This document shows positions 14,216-26,727 of a stretch of DNA of 64,000 bases, piece after piece. The first letter of the stretch is position 1; every line of letters starts with the position of its first letter. Both the position numbers and the translations under genes were made by a program. The notes beneath the pieces are model-generated. The model searched no databases. It saw only the letters and a list, made by a program, of their open reading frames with translations, and had not been told where the DNA came from. The stretch comes from Paragordius varius (lineage: Eukaryota > Animalia > Nematomorpha), in the NCBI GenBank assembly GCA_964247055.1, contig OZ176054.1:10354001-10418000 (forward strand). Reading direction: 5' to 3'.

Positions 14216-15018
14216 CATACATCAATGTTATATATTAAATTTTAATAATATTTTAAACATATTTATTTACATTTTTCTCTTATATATATATGTATTAGGA
14301 TGTTATTTCAACGTTTGGAATACCATTTTGGTGCAAAGTTCGAAACGTAAGATTATTTTTATATATAATTCTACCGTGTCTAATATAAAAAATAATTTTT
14401 TTGGATTTTCAGGAGGATACTTTGGAAGATATAAAGGGACGGATTAGGAAAATGCTTGATGTGCCCATGAAAGAATTCGAAAAATATAAATTTTACATTG
14501 TTTCACAAGTAAATAAGTTTTTTTTTCATTCATTGCTTTTTGATTTAATCTCCGCATATTTTCCATATTATATTATTGATTGATTTAATAAATGATTGTT
14601 TAAATGAATATTTAGGGCCGAACTAATGAGGTATCTAGTGAATGGCGCATTATTCTTAACGATTTGAAATTAGTCAAAGATGGTATGTTTCATTTATGCT
14701 TATATTAGATGAAAATATTATTCTATTGGCTTTTGGTTGTTTTAAGGTTAATTTACATACCTATATATTATTCATATAATTATTTTATAATAAGCTTAAA
14801 AAGTATAATTTTCAAACCTTTTTAAATTATGATTTACGAACACCACCCTTTGTTTTACTAAAACATATATAAACCAATAACATTTTGCAAAAATATATAA
14901 ATTATTATGCTATACTCAATATTTTGTTATAGTTTGGATTGGTATTGAACATGCTAACAAACAAGCCAAAATGGTCCGATCTAATTACATGGAAAAACCG
15001 ATTAAAATATTAAATTAG
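159..15018 (+). CDS. USP7: Ubiquitin carboxyl-terminal hydrolase 7 (HAUSP), C-terminal half (UBL1-5 and activation tail); 5' part lies upstream of the window
   Basis: 20 phase-consistent GT-AG exons: 159-228, 486-546, 917-987, 1528-1591, 1877-1975, 2662-2767, 5639-5731, 6141-6208, 7741-7901, 8940-9039, 9127-9194, 9870-9975, 10474-10639, 11976-12162, 13003-13112, 13475-13719, 14299-14346, 14413-14508, 14616-14682, 14933-15018 (TAG). Translations match recalled USP7 motifs in order: VTEHDIPDLLVERLREE, EAHLY, DQIRVWP, FLKFYDP..YCGH, ELMHGDIIIFQ, FCDKNKPNDPGF, LRIEEVP, AHF, TFGIPF, KEFEKYKF, WIGIEH, MEKPIKILN*. Confidence 0.95.
3801..5380 (-). mobile_element. 5'-truncated RTE-like non-LTR retrotransposon with PHD-like Cys/His finger in the RT region; inactive
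   Basis: RT motifs LLIPIYKGKGD, YRPIKLLEH, FIDLEKAFD, GLHQGSLLSP, YADD, FTYLG; finger CSIC..IQCLKCKKWVHKKC..ICSNC; in-frame TAG at 4960-4962 and frameshifts. 14-bp TSD TTTTAAATTAAAAT at 3787-3800 and 5381-5394. Lies in USP7 intron 6. Confidence 0.9.
7885..8480 (+). repeat. Four ~140-165 bp tandem units each beginning with the USP7 exon-9 3' end and donor
   Basis: CCCATACATTA(T/A)TT(C/T)AAGTATTT at 7885, 8049, 8189 and 8331. Confidence 0.85.
11058..11985 (+). repeat. Near-perfect 464-bp tandem duplication including the USP7 exon-14 acceptor
   Basis: Unit 1 is 11058-11521 and unit 2 is 11522-11985; both end ...TTTTCAAAG|GTATATCAGG. Confidence 0.9.
12716..12902. mobile_element. Palindromic Tc1/mariner-type MITE, family A (TA|CAGTATG...)
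   Basis: Long imperfect TIRs around GTGTATGGAA/TTCCATACAC; TA flanks; further copies at ~1997-2176 and 51194-51349. Confidence 0.7.
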
Positions 15019-15549
15019 AAATTTTTTAAGACTATTGTGGTTTATAAACGACAAATATAACAATAATACATTTGTGTAAAATTCTCTGTTAGAAAAAAAT
15101 TTAAACCATTATATTTTAATTAATTTCCTAATTTTAATTTCCAACAAACAAATGACACATGTATACATTTATTCGGTTAGAATTATTTTAAGAGAGTACT
15201 GATAAGGATTTTTAAATAATAGCATTTCATATATTTTAAAGTTTAATTTGACCGTTCTTAAGGCTATTAATTTAATTTATCTGTCCTAAAGCTTATCCTG
15301 GAGTTTTTATTACATAAGTTATTATGACTGAAATAACTGGTAATCTATCTATAAAAATGCTTGCTTAAATAGATGGAATAACATATTTCATATAATATAA
15401 AGTATAAGAAATTTTTTACAAAATTTTAACTACATTTCTATCCTTTTTATGCTGTTTATATATGTACGCATACCCATCTTCATACATATTATGATATCAT
15501 AGTAATAAATTTGTAACTTTGTTGATATATTAAAATTATGATAATAATT

Positions 15550-16967
15550 AACTAGCGTAAATCTCGTGCTGCTACGCAGCCCAAAGGAAGTCCGCAGGGG
15601 GGGCTATATGAAAAAAGGATCAATAAAATGATTCATATATGCGGATTATTTCGAAACATTATTTAATAGCTATGATCTCATAGAATTTCCTAAACGTTGC
15701 ATTCATACCAATATATTGTTTACTGGTGTAAAGACCCTAAATTGACGACTAACGGAAAAAAACCGCTATACCATAATTTTTACCTTTTTATGGTTATTAT
15801 TTAAAGCCTTTACTGAACTCGTATGGCTTCTTTTTTTAAAATTAGCTCCAAAGCCACGCCATTTTTGTATGGCGTCTCGGTTTTAAACCGGTTAACCCCT
15901 ACCCATAGGCCTATATGGAAAAAGCGCTAAGTTAAATTTTTTTTATAGGGAAAATATTTGGAATCATCTTTGAGACCATCGTCTCATGGTTTATATAAAA
16001 AAATACCTCACTAAATAATCGTTATATGATAGCGTTTTTTGGGCATAAAGACCCCAAATTAACGGCTAATATAACAAGGAATTTTTACCTAGTTCAGGGT
16101 AATATTTCGAACTTTAAATGAGCTCAGATGGCATAAGTTTTTTGTGAAATAGTTCCAAAACAACGTAATTTCTATATAGTGGCGTGGTTTTTGGCGGGTA
16201 GTTTCTTACCCAAGACTGATACAAAAAAAGCAAAAATTTTTGCCTTTTTGCGGACAGTAACTGGAATCATTATTGATTCCATATGCTCTCATTAGTTTTT
16301 GGAAAAATTGCCTCAAATTTAAAATATCATTTTATGGTGGCGAATTTTTCAGGGCGTGAAGGGCCTAGTTAACGGCTAATTTTAAAAAACCGCCGATCTA
16401 AATTTTTGCCTTGTTACGGGTAATATTTTGAGCTGTTATTGAACTCGTAAGGCCTGAAAGGTTTTTTGAAATTTGCCCCAAAAGCACAACGCTTGAACTA
16501 AAATTTTTGCCTTTTAACAGGGAATACCTGGAATCCTTAATGATTTTTTACGGTCTCATACTTTGGGCGAAAAATAGTTTCAAAAAATTATTTTTGTGGC
16601 ATTAGTTTTTTGAAAAAAGTGGCATTTTACGGGGGTAGCGGGTAAAAATAGGGCCTAAATTACAAAAGCGAGCCCACTATGTTCGGCGCAATCGAAAATA
16701 AGTAAAAAAAAATCATATTTGAAATCGAGTTCTATACGTTTTCGGGAAAATTGTCTCAAAGATGCGATTTTTATGGACTTCTGTTTTCAAAAAAACCGTT
16801 TTTTACACGGGGTGGACCCGAACTGGAGGCCTAATTCAAAAAAGGGCGAAGTTATTGTCGGGGCATTCATGAATGATTTTTTTGATATTTGGATTTGAAT
16901 GGGTCTACCGATTTTCCGGAAACAGATCACAAAGCCACCACTTTCCATTTTTATAAATATATAGATT
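15550..16967 (+). mobile_element. Putative non-autonomous Helitron/HINE-like element with internal ~300-bp (2 x ~155) degenerate tandem repeats
   Basis: Starts TAACTAGCG..CTCGTGCTGCTACGC and ends ..CACTTTCCATTTTTATAAATATATAGAT, resembling recalled Lep1/HINE termini. AACGGCT-like and ATTTTTRCCT motifs recur at ~300-bp spacing. Class assignment is inference. Confidence 0.45.
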
Positions 16968-18284
16968 ACTCCTGCAAATTTCAAAACCATATCATATCTA
17001 ATATTTAAATTGTGTCATTTTTCCGAATTAATTTGTGGTTGCTCTAACCATAAACGGTCATAGAATTATGATTGACTAAGTCTTTTTTAATAAATTTGCT
17101 ATCTATACCTTTTATTTAATAGTATTATAAATAAATAATTTTACACCTTATTTGATAGAATTTTTATGGATGACCTTATAAATGAAAGTAATCATAGAGT
17201 AATACAACAATAAAATAAGCTTTGCTCAATTCCATTTTTGATATATTAAATTTTTCCAATTAACACCAACGTCCAAATTAATTTTAATGTGTACTTGATT
17301 TAAAATAGGTAAATCCATATATAATTGTTTAAATTAATCAAATTTGAAAACTCTGTTAAAAACAAATTACTCATAATGGATAAAACGTTAGGAAATATTT
17401 TTGCCACACAATGTAGTTATTAATTGCGGCTTTTCTCTACTGATAGGCCTAGCGAAGTTCAAAAAGAATTGTACTTTTAAAATAATCAATTTATTTATCA
17501 TGGTGTGCCAAATTTAAGGACAAAATATAGTTTCGTATTTTCAGATAAAAATTCAATACATAATCCGAAATAATTGGATGTTACATTACATGTAGGGAAA
17601 ATATACTCAGAAAATAATTTTAAACAGTCAGCTGTTTTTAAGAATTTTAGTTATAAAAAGTTTATCTATGATTCAAAATGGCCTAACTTTGTAAATCAAT
17701 AGATAAATATAAGAGCATTATTTTTGAACCAGTTTCGACATTTATAATATAATCCGTTTTAAATGCAAAAAGGAAATTTATTAACATTAGCCAATAGTAT
17801 TTAGTTATTTGTATGTGAGGTAATTAAATTTAAATAAAGCAGTAAAAAAGCTTAATTTTTGCATATTAGCTTCTTAGTTACTAAATTAAAAACATGGACC
17901 CGTTTCGGTCGAGATGGCAAAAAATATAAGTGTGTTTAATCAAATTAATCGCAAAAATTTTATTTTAAATGTAAAAATAAGCTTATAAACTTTAAAAGGT
18001 AGTTTTTTTTTGATTATCTATATTTTGTTATAAACAACTAAAGATATTGGGAAAGGTATAATTTACATGTTAAATATGGTAAAGAATTTTACATTTTTAT
18101 CCATTAAAAAATAAAATTATATATAATAATATAGATTAATAATAATCTGGATTATAGAGCGTTGCTCTATATTATTTTACCAAATTATATTAATTATAAT
18201 AACAATTTATTGCATAATTTTTATGAGAAAATATAAATAATATATGATTTAAACTTAATTGCTTTGTTATAAATGTTAAATTTT

Positions 18285-18327
<43 letters not shown>

Positions 18328-18342
18328 ATAAAGATTGTGTGC

Positions 18343-18379
<37 letters not shown>

Positions 18380-18500
18380 TTGGATATATACTGTAAAAAG
18401 TTTTGCATTGCAGAATAAAATGCCAAAAAAACATTTCATGATTTATGAAAACAATGAGGTAAATGTATATAGAAATATTTAAGTAATAATAAAATTATAT

Positions 18501-21500
18501 TTAAGCCAAAATTCTAGCTAATCCAGGTAAGATCTCAACCTTAAAGGAACAACAGGGGTGTGCTTCCCCATCTATTGTCATCCAGGATGTAGGTTGCTTA
18601 TTTTGCTCTCCTTTTATAATTGCATCGTTTTTACGATTGAAACCATTTATTAGTGTGTGATCATATCTTTCTTGCAATTCAAAACTCGAACTTGATAAAT
18701 CATATTTTTGATTTTCAATTTTTGATTGGTTGTTTGGTGACAACACATTTTGTAACTTACAAGTATTTATCTGTGGTTGGACAATATCAGATTCGTCTAT
18801 TGCTTGCGATGAGGCATTTTGATCATCATGAGTTGTGAATTGAGCGATATTGTTTCCATTTGCTGTAATGTTAAAATTTGACCTTAATCTCCATTTCAAT
18901 TTTGATCGATTGTGTGGTATTGAGTTTTTACTACTATTATTAGTGCAACAAAATAATTGAGATAAAAGCTGTCGTATTCGAGTAAGATTACGTTTAAGTA
19001 GGCCAATCATTGGATCAGCGGACGACAAATGTGGTGTTAATGAGCAAAAATTTGGCGTGGAAGACGACGTTTTTACTTTAGTTTTTTGTTGTGAAGTAAA
19101 AAATTTGGTGAAATCATTCATCATAATACTTTCATTATCTTTATTATTGCTATTACGTGGTGTAATTGGATGAATTGTTACAATGTTTGAATCATGAGGT
19201 GATAAAATGCACATTTTGTGGTTGAGGTAGGCTTTAGGTTCAACCATAACACTTTGAACTGCTTGTGTAAACCGGTATCGAGAATCGATTGCATCAATAG
19301 ATATACGGTTAAATAGGTAATCTCTCATCTATATTTATATATATAGACAAATATTTTTTATTAAAAACAAACATACTTTTTTAAACCTTAGTTTTTCTTA
19401 TATAGAGTAATTTACACTTGGAAATATAAAATACAAAAGCTATAATTACAAAAAAATAAGATTTAAAAAATATGGTTGTCTTTTAGAAAAAAAATATTTG
19501 TCTTTATATTTTCACGTTTTTCCGTATAATTTCAACTTTTACTGTAAATGCCGATATAAAAATATTTCATTAAGCTAATACCTATGTTTAATTTTTTAAT
19601 TATTCATCTTTTCGCACATATTCAATACAAAAATGAAAAATTTTGTTTTGCAGGTAGTTTTTAATATGTCATATGATAGAAAGCAAGCCAGGTAAAACAA
19701 CATTGTTGTTAATATGAGTAAAAAATACTTGTAAGTATCATTTTAATATTTGTTAACACCAATGAACTCAAGGTTAAATAACGATATATAAAAACTTGCG
19801 GCTATATTAATATATAACACAATAGCATGAAATATAAAAATGTTAAGTAACTAAAATTATGGTTTGTATTAGTCATTCAATAATAATAAGGTTCTTTTGA
19901 ATAATTTGATGCAAACATCAACAAAGTTAATGATAAATTTACTATTAATGATTTTTCATTAGAAACATCTATCTCTTTCGAATATAATGAAAATATAAAA
20001 TTTAAAAAATTAAAATTATAAAAACATTAGTTTTACTTGTGACTTTTTAACACCATGTTTCAAGATACATAAATGACAATGACCATCATTCAATTTGGCT
20101 TCGGGAGTTACTGCGAAATCTTGACTTATGTATGGTAAATTAGAAACATACAAAGCCACAAATAAATTGTTTTCATTTATATGAAGTCTATTGCTATGTT
20201 GCATACTATTACACATTTTATCGAGCGCTTTTTTGGTAACACCATTGGAAAAAGATTCAACATTTGATGTTTGCATCTCAATATTCTCAGTAGTTTTCAT
20301 ATATTCCACAAGCATGGTAGGATTTGTAGCTGGACAGTATTTGACCGTACCCGTATAGTAACGTAAATCTAGCGTTTAGGAAATAATAATCAAAATATTT
20401 ATTACAGTCATGTATCCCTTATTTTATCAAAAATTTATTTTTTTTTCGTTAAATGGGCATAAATATTTGGTAAAGAATGGAAAAAACAGAGCTCTATAGT
20501 ATCAACTATATCATTATCATATTCATCAAAAAAGTATAAGAATTATCATAAAGCTCTTGTTTTTTCTTTTTTACCAAATATTTATATACATTAAAAGAAA
20601 AAAATAAATTTTTGATAAATAATGGATACATGACTGTACATAACTCCCATAAAATTTATTACATTGAACATATCCAATGGAATTTAAAATTTAAGGAAAA
20701 ATAAATTTATTATATCCTAAGATGTAAATATTTATAACGGAAAAGATTGTTTTTTAATTTTCTTCAACACAGAAAACAATATGAAAGATTAAAAATAGGT
20801 TTAAATTTTGACCGATTCAAAATATCTTTATTAGCATTTATACCAATGATCTTATCTATCGTTAAAAAAAGAAATAAAAAAACTTTTTCTTTCGCTAAAA
20901 TACATGTAACAAATAGCGCAAATTCCCAAGATACTTAATTATGCCACTGTCAATATCCCATAAAGTCTCAAAAGTAGCAAATATATGTTTAGTAACTATA
21001 TAACAAACTTAATAAGTAGAATTCCAAAATACCATATAAAAATGTTAAAAATGAAAACAAAAAGATTGAAATAAAAAGGCTCAATATATACTACTTTGTA
21101 TTCGCCAAAATCCGTGTAATAAATATCGCAAGCTTCCCATATACCTATGTATTTCACTCTCGATATCAACATCGGCTATTAGACCCCAGGAAACACCTAA
21201 GATGGCGTATGATATGGTACCATCTTGCAATGTAACTCGAAGAATATCAAGAGATTTCAGTTCACCAAACAATGCGTGTTTAATGCAATTGCTAATAAAT
21301 GTTTTGGGTGTATATGTGCTAAAGAGTTTAGAATATTTTTATAATTGGAGAAAAACAATTAGCTAAAAGACAAAAGAATATTCTTTAAATAATTTTTAAA
21401 TATAATTCATAATTCCAAAAATTGCTAATTTATTTAATAATATATTTAAATAACTTCACTCAAAAAGTATGGTTTTTAAAAAAAGTTTGTCGTTTATTTT

Positions 21501-21977
21501 TTAAGTCTGATAATTTTATTTTTACTGTAAAACAGAATACCTATATTCATGACATATAGATCTATGTAAAGCGTTTCCTGTACCACCGGGGATGACAGCA
21601 AGAGGAATTTTTATAGCAGATTCCCAATTTTTGTGAGCCATAAATCCATTAATCGTCTAAAAATTATAAAATTTTGTAAATTAATCAATTTAAATAATTG
21701 AATCAAAATAAAAACTTACTTCATGGATCAGTCCATCTCCAGAGATAAGTATTATGCGATTATACTTTCCAATTAAAATATTTTTTGCAATATCTAAGGC
21801 ATGGTTTGGCCTATCTCTCAATAATATAAAGCAAAAAATCTTACTTGTCAAAACAACTTCATAATTTAAATTGCTTTTTAATAGCTGAGGTAATAGATAT
21901 TTTTTATATATTTCTAGCCCCTGTTTCTTTCCACTTTTGGGGTTTATAAGGATTAAGTAACTTTTTTGAAAATCCAT
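18501..21977 (-). CDS. SPHK: Sphingosine kinase (DAGK-type catalytic domain), about 566 aa
   Basis: Exons (minus): 21845-21977, 21720-21814, 21541-21656, 21095-21291, 20037-20368, 18501-19328; phases consistent. Motifs LINPKSG, ISGDGLIHE, IPGGTGNAL, WGLIADVDIESE, IDGE. Extra upstream exons cannot be excluded (TAG directly precedes the ATG). Confidence 0.92.
20405..20636. mobile_element. Tc1/mariner-type MITE, family B (TA|CAGTCATG...CATGACTG|TA)
   Basis: TIR and TA TSD visible; second copy at 22807-23003; this copy lies in an SPHK intron. Confidence 0.75.
20881..20975 (-). pseudogene. Decayed duplicate of the 3' part of SPHK exon 21095-21291
   Basis: Translates DIDSGIIKYLGNLRYLLHVF*R versus functional DVDIESEIHRYMGSLRYLLHGFWR. 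Confidence 0.65.
21815..21844 (-). other. SPHK candidate 30-nt intron (in-frame, stop-free)
   Basis: gtaagattttttgctttatattattgagag; strong GTAAG donor; removal gives VVLT-N-RPNHA, matching SPHK1 LMLT-E-RRNHA without a gap. Confidence 0.6.
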
Positions 21978-24299
21978 CTAGCTAACCTCCTATCCATCAC
22001 ATGATAGTCATTTAAATTTATGATATAATTTATAACACATGCTGAAAAATAAAATGAATTGATCTTATGCGCATACATCTTCACAAAAACAAAAAATGGT
22101 TTAATTCATATTTTTTGTGCTAAAATAAAACATTTACTTTGAAGATTACAAGAAACTCAATAAATGTGGGCAGATTAAACAGTGAACAATCGGACCTACT
22201 AAAATTGTTTTGATAAATATGGTTATTTTGATAAAGATATAAGGATATAATGGCTTTTAATCTTTAATTATGCAAAAATATAAAAAAACCTCTTAAAACA
22301 GGATTTTAAAAATTTATTATAAATATTATCCTAATTATATAAATAATAAGGCTAAATAGTTAGATTATATTTGATAAGGATTTAAAATAGACTCGGGTAA
22401 AAGAATTTACATTAGCTAAACTAACTAATACTCGAGAGTAATAAATAATTCTATATATCCTATATGGCGAAAAAAATGCTGTAATAATATTAGTAAATTT
22501 AATTTAAGCAAAATTTTGATGAAGTGAGTTCTTTTTTATTTAAGCATAGAAACGGTTTCCATTTACGATAATTCTAAACATTTGTATCCCCACATTTTGA
22601 TTAAAAAATGTGTTCGACTTTAATCTACACGTATTTTGTTTAACAGAATATAACACATTCATTTATGTCATTTGATTCAAATTGAGGTCGTTGAGGACAA
22701 CAAGCCTGTTAAATCTAATGGTTTAAATAGGACCATGACAAAAGATTAATTTTTATAACAGTGGTGCCCCTAATAAAAAAAATTAATCCAAAAAACTTAA
22801 TAAATACAGTCATGGATTTTTTTTATCAAAAATTTAGTTTTTTCGCTAAATGGGTATAAATATTTGGTAAAGAATGAAAAAACAAGAGCGCTCTGGTATT
22901 AACAATATCATATTCATAGTATAAGAATTGCTATAAACCTCCTGTTTTTTCCATTTACCAAATATTTAAACTCACCAAAAAAAAAATAAGGGATACATGA
23001 CTGTACTTAATTATGGATGAACCTCAAAAAAATTTAGTCAACATGACATATGTGCAACTAATTATTATAATAAAAGATAAACCAATTTTCTGTTTTTATC
23101 AATCTTATATATGATTTAACACTTAGATACAACTATTTTAGTCCATCGATTCAAATTGGGTGGTTGGATACCTTATGCCTGATTAAAATTAAATACTTTA
23201 AAAAATATAGAAGGAATCGAAACATGGCAAAATTTTGCACTTATATAACATTAATAAACCGAATAAAATATTTATTCAAAAATACTTGATAGTACTTATT
23301 TTAACACTTGGATACAACACATTCATTTTGGTCCTTGATTCAAAATAGGGTAGTTGGACATCTCAGGCCTGACTTTAAAATTTATGCTAGGATCAGAAAC
23401 TATGGCAAAATTTTGTACATATATAACATTAATAAACCGAAATATATAAAAAACTTTTTCCAAATACTTGATACTACTTATTTCAAGGAAACTCAAAAGT
23501 AAAAATTTAGTCAACAAAATTGTATAATATAAAATAAACCGCTTTTAATATTTATATGAATGTTAGATGAGATTTATATAGGCGCATATCATTATTTATG
23601 TCACAAATGATATAGTGAAAATTATGCAGTTTTTGTCATTATTTAAAACTTTTTATATTACAAAAGGTTATGTTAAAATATAGAATAATAAAAAAAATAG
23701 TAAATGAACACGATATTTTGCAAAAGTTACAAAACAAAAATGGCGTCGAAAAAACGAAATTTTATTTTTTAGCTTATTTATATAATTTTTATTTGAATAG
23801 AAGCATAAATTTAAATTAGGACTTCCTACAGTAACTTTATTAAAATTTTTGTTTTAGTTTAGCCTGTTTAGATACCCCAAATAATCGAAGTGTTAATAAA
23901 AAAATTCGCTTTTAGCTTTAAAATTAAATAAACACAATATACAAAAAAATGTAAAATAAAAATGGCGTCGAAGTAATTTGATGACAGTTTTTTAAAACTT
24001 AATTTAATTAGATACTTTCGGCTAATTATATAATTATTAGTTTAAAAGCAAAACTTTTAAAATTGTTTCTTTACGTAGTTTTTTATATTAACTGAAAATT
24101 TGTCTAAAGTCACTAGATACTCCAATTTGAATCGGAAAAAAATTATATAGACTCTAATTAGACTATAAATTATTGCAAAATTTTAGGTTATTATAAATGT
24201 TCAGCATCCAATTACATAGAAAAATTATTTAAATAGCTCAGTTTTAATCCGTTTATTTCAGTGGTTCCCAAGGGGCAACCCAGGCCCAAAATCTAAGGG

Positions 24300-26270
24300 G
24301 AGTGCGACAAATTTAATAGATCCAAAATCCGAATGGGCCACTGTGCTTGGTGAACTCACTTCCAAAACCAGGCAAAGGCAGGCTGTCTACGAGGATTGGT
24401 TATCTGCGGGGACTAAACGATTTCTCCATGAGATACGGAATAAGTACACCAGTCACCGCAGAGCATGTATTAGGGCCGATGCGGATCGCTTGAGCAATGA
24501 CAGGCAGGCGTTTGCACGATATTTTTCTAGACTGGCAGCTAGGAACATTCATGGGAACACTATTTTGTAGTTCGCTTCCTGCTTCGACGGCCCAGACTCT
24601 TTAGTCTACTTTCTCATGGGCTGGTAATGGATAGCCTGACGAATGTGATCTCTTTGCACCGAAATTATATTGATCTGTTGGATATAATAAAACGACCCAG
24701 GATGACGGTATCAATGATCATCCATTCTTGAAGGGACATTTCGTCTAGGTATTGAATTTTTACGAAACTATAAATGTCCAGGGCCAAACCGCAGCGCGGC
24801 GGATGTATGTAAAAAGAAAATCGACTGGTGCACCGACAACGTCTAGCCTGCCATCAATAGTTGGTTAGAACGTGGCACACTATGGAGGAATGGATGAGGT
24901 AATTAATATCGCAAAGCAGGAGAATCCGGGCACCCCTAATGATTACAGGGGTATAGCCCTGGTGAACACAGTATACAAAATATTGGCCAACATTGCGCTG
25001 TCTAAGAGTACAGTCCTTTGATGATGAACTCTATCATGCAATCTATGGTTTTAGGGGGCAGGGGAACGATGGATTTATTCTGTTCTTTGGTAGTATTCAT
25101 CGAGAAAAGCAGGCGCCATAAACACCCGCTCTACTTGGGTTTTGTGGATATAGCCAAGGCTTTTAATAAACTGGATAAGCATGTTATGCGTGTGTGGAAG
25201 AGGGTTGATATAGAGGAAAATTTTAAGAACTTTATACTTCACTTGCTAATCCGAAACGTAGTCGGGTGGCTGAAACGACCCGTTTAGACTAAATTTATTC
25301 GGAACGAGGTCTGAAGCAAGGATGCCCTCTGTCCACAAAACTCTTCATCTTGGCTATGAACTTAATAGTACGAAAGTTACATGCGAGCTTTTCTAACGTC
25401 TTTTTCAAGGTGCTCTGTTACACAAACAACCTTTGCATCTTGACAGATACAAAGCTAAACTTGGGACAGGTCCTTGACCAGCTGGAATCTGACGCCTATT
25501 GGCCTTAATATAATTATGATAAGTCAAAAGTGATGATAATAGGCCGGTCTGATATGAAGAAGTTCAACACGGTTGGAGGAAAGCTTGAAATTGTGGTGTC
25601 CTTTCGATACTTGGGGATTATAGTGGACAAAAACATAGCTCCATTTACTCACCTCTGCTCACGTTCCGCAAAGCTCATCTTTGAGGGTTTACACTGTTTA
25701 TATCGCTCGAAAGGGGTCCAAAGGCTGAAGTTAAAAATATATAAAGGTCTAATCCTTCCTAGCATTCTATGTGGCTTGTCGGTGTGTCCAAATTCTATCA
25801 AGCATACCCGCAAGGCTTAGGTATTTGTAAATAAATCGTTGAGAGTCATCACAGGTGATATTTACTCCAAGAAAACACGGTGCCAACTTGCCACTTGCAA
25901 ACTTCACTTAATAACCGATACCTTGCCTCTCGTGCCGGGAATACCGTTATCAAGTCTGAAGATGGTAGCCAATAAGCTGCGCCATAATAAAATGAGCCCG
26001 CTTAAGGCAGCTCTGGAGTGGAAACTGGATGCCCGTTCAGCCTATTGGAAGTTCAAAAATGACTACGTATGCGTGTTTTCATTGCTGCATGTAGGCCTTT
26101 CGGACACAGACTTTGTCACTCTAGTGCTAAATGGGGGTTGAAAAAATAGATGCAACAAATTAAGAAAGAATTCTAAAAGTAAGAGGAAGGACTCCATTAC
26201 GCCAAACGCCAGCGTTGACGCGAGCGCCGCCTTCAAAGACTATCTGCATAACGAACGGATCCGGTGAGGG
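24300..26270 (+). mobile_element. Degenerate non-LTR retrotransposon (RT pseudogene)
   Basis: GC-richer block with frameshifted RT motifs NDYRGIALVNTVYKIL, LGFVDIAKAF, GLKQGCPLS, SFRYLG; many stops; ends approximate. Confidence 0.8.
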
Positions 26271-26727
26271 ATAGTTTTTGGTTAACTGTAACCTTAAATA
26301 CTTTGATAGGGGGTAAATTGCATATAATTTAATATTACAATCACTTTTAAATTATCTGTTGTACTACATGTATTACTGTATATACCCTTAAAAGCACCCA
26401 ACAAGGAAGTGGGGTCTCCCTGCCCTGAAGCGTGAGCGCAGGAAGGCGGTAAGGGTCGTCCCGTGTGAACAGTGGCGGTTAAAAACCATACCTGTCACAT
26501 CCTTTTTTGGATACCTCGATAAATTTAATTTGCAAATCCATTGATAGTTATAAATTATTTGATAACAATAAAGCAGATAAAATGCAAAAATCAATAATTA
26601 TATTGAGTGATATCCAATATTTTTAAATAATTTAAAGATATAAATTAAAGTCACAGACAAAAGAAGCATCAATTTTAAAATTGTAAATAATAGTGTTTTA
26701 AATATGTTTTTGACAAGGATAACTATA

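Noticed and set aside
17376-17830. TAA/TAG reassigned to Gln (ciliate-like code) to explain stop-riddled frames
   Set aside because: USP7 and CHMP6 end in TAG and SPHK in TAA at homologous C-termini, so the standard code applies.
26388-26520. GC-rich island as ncRNA or ORF
   Set aside because: No recognisable fold, promoter boxes or motif; probably a TE fragment next to the decayed LINE.
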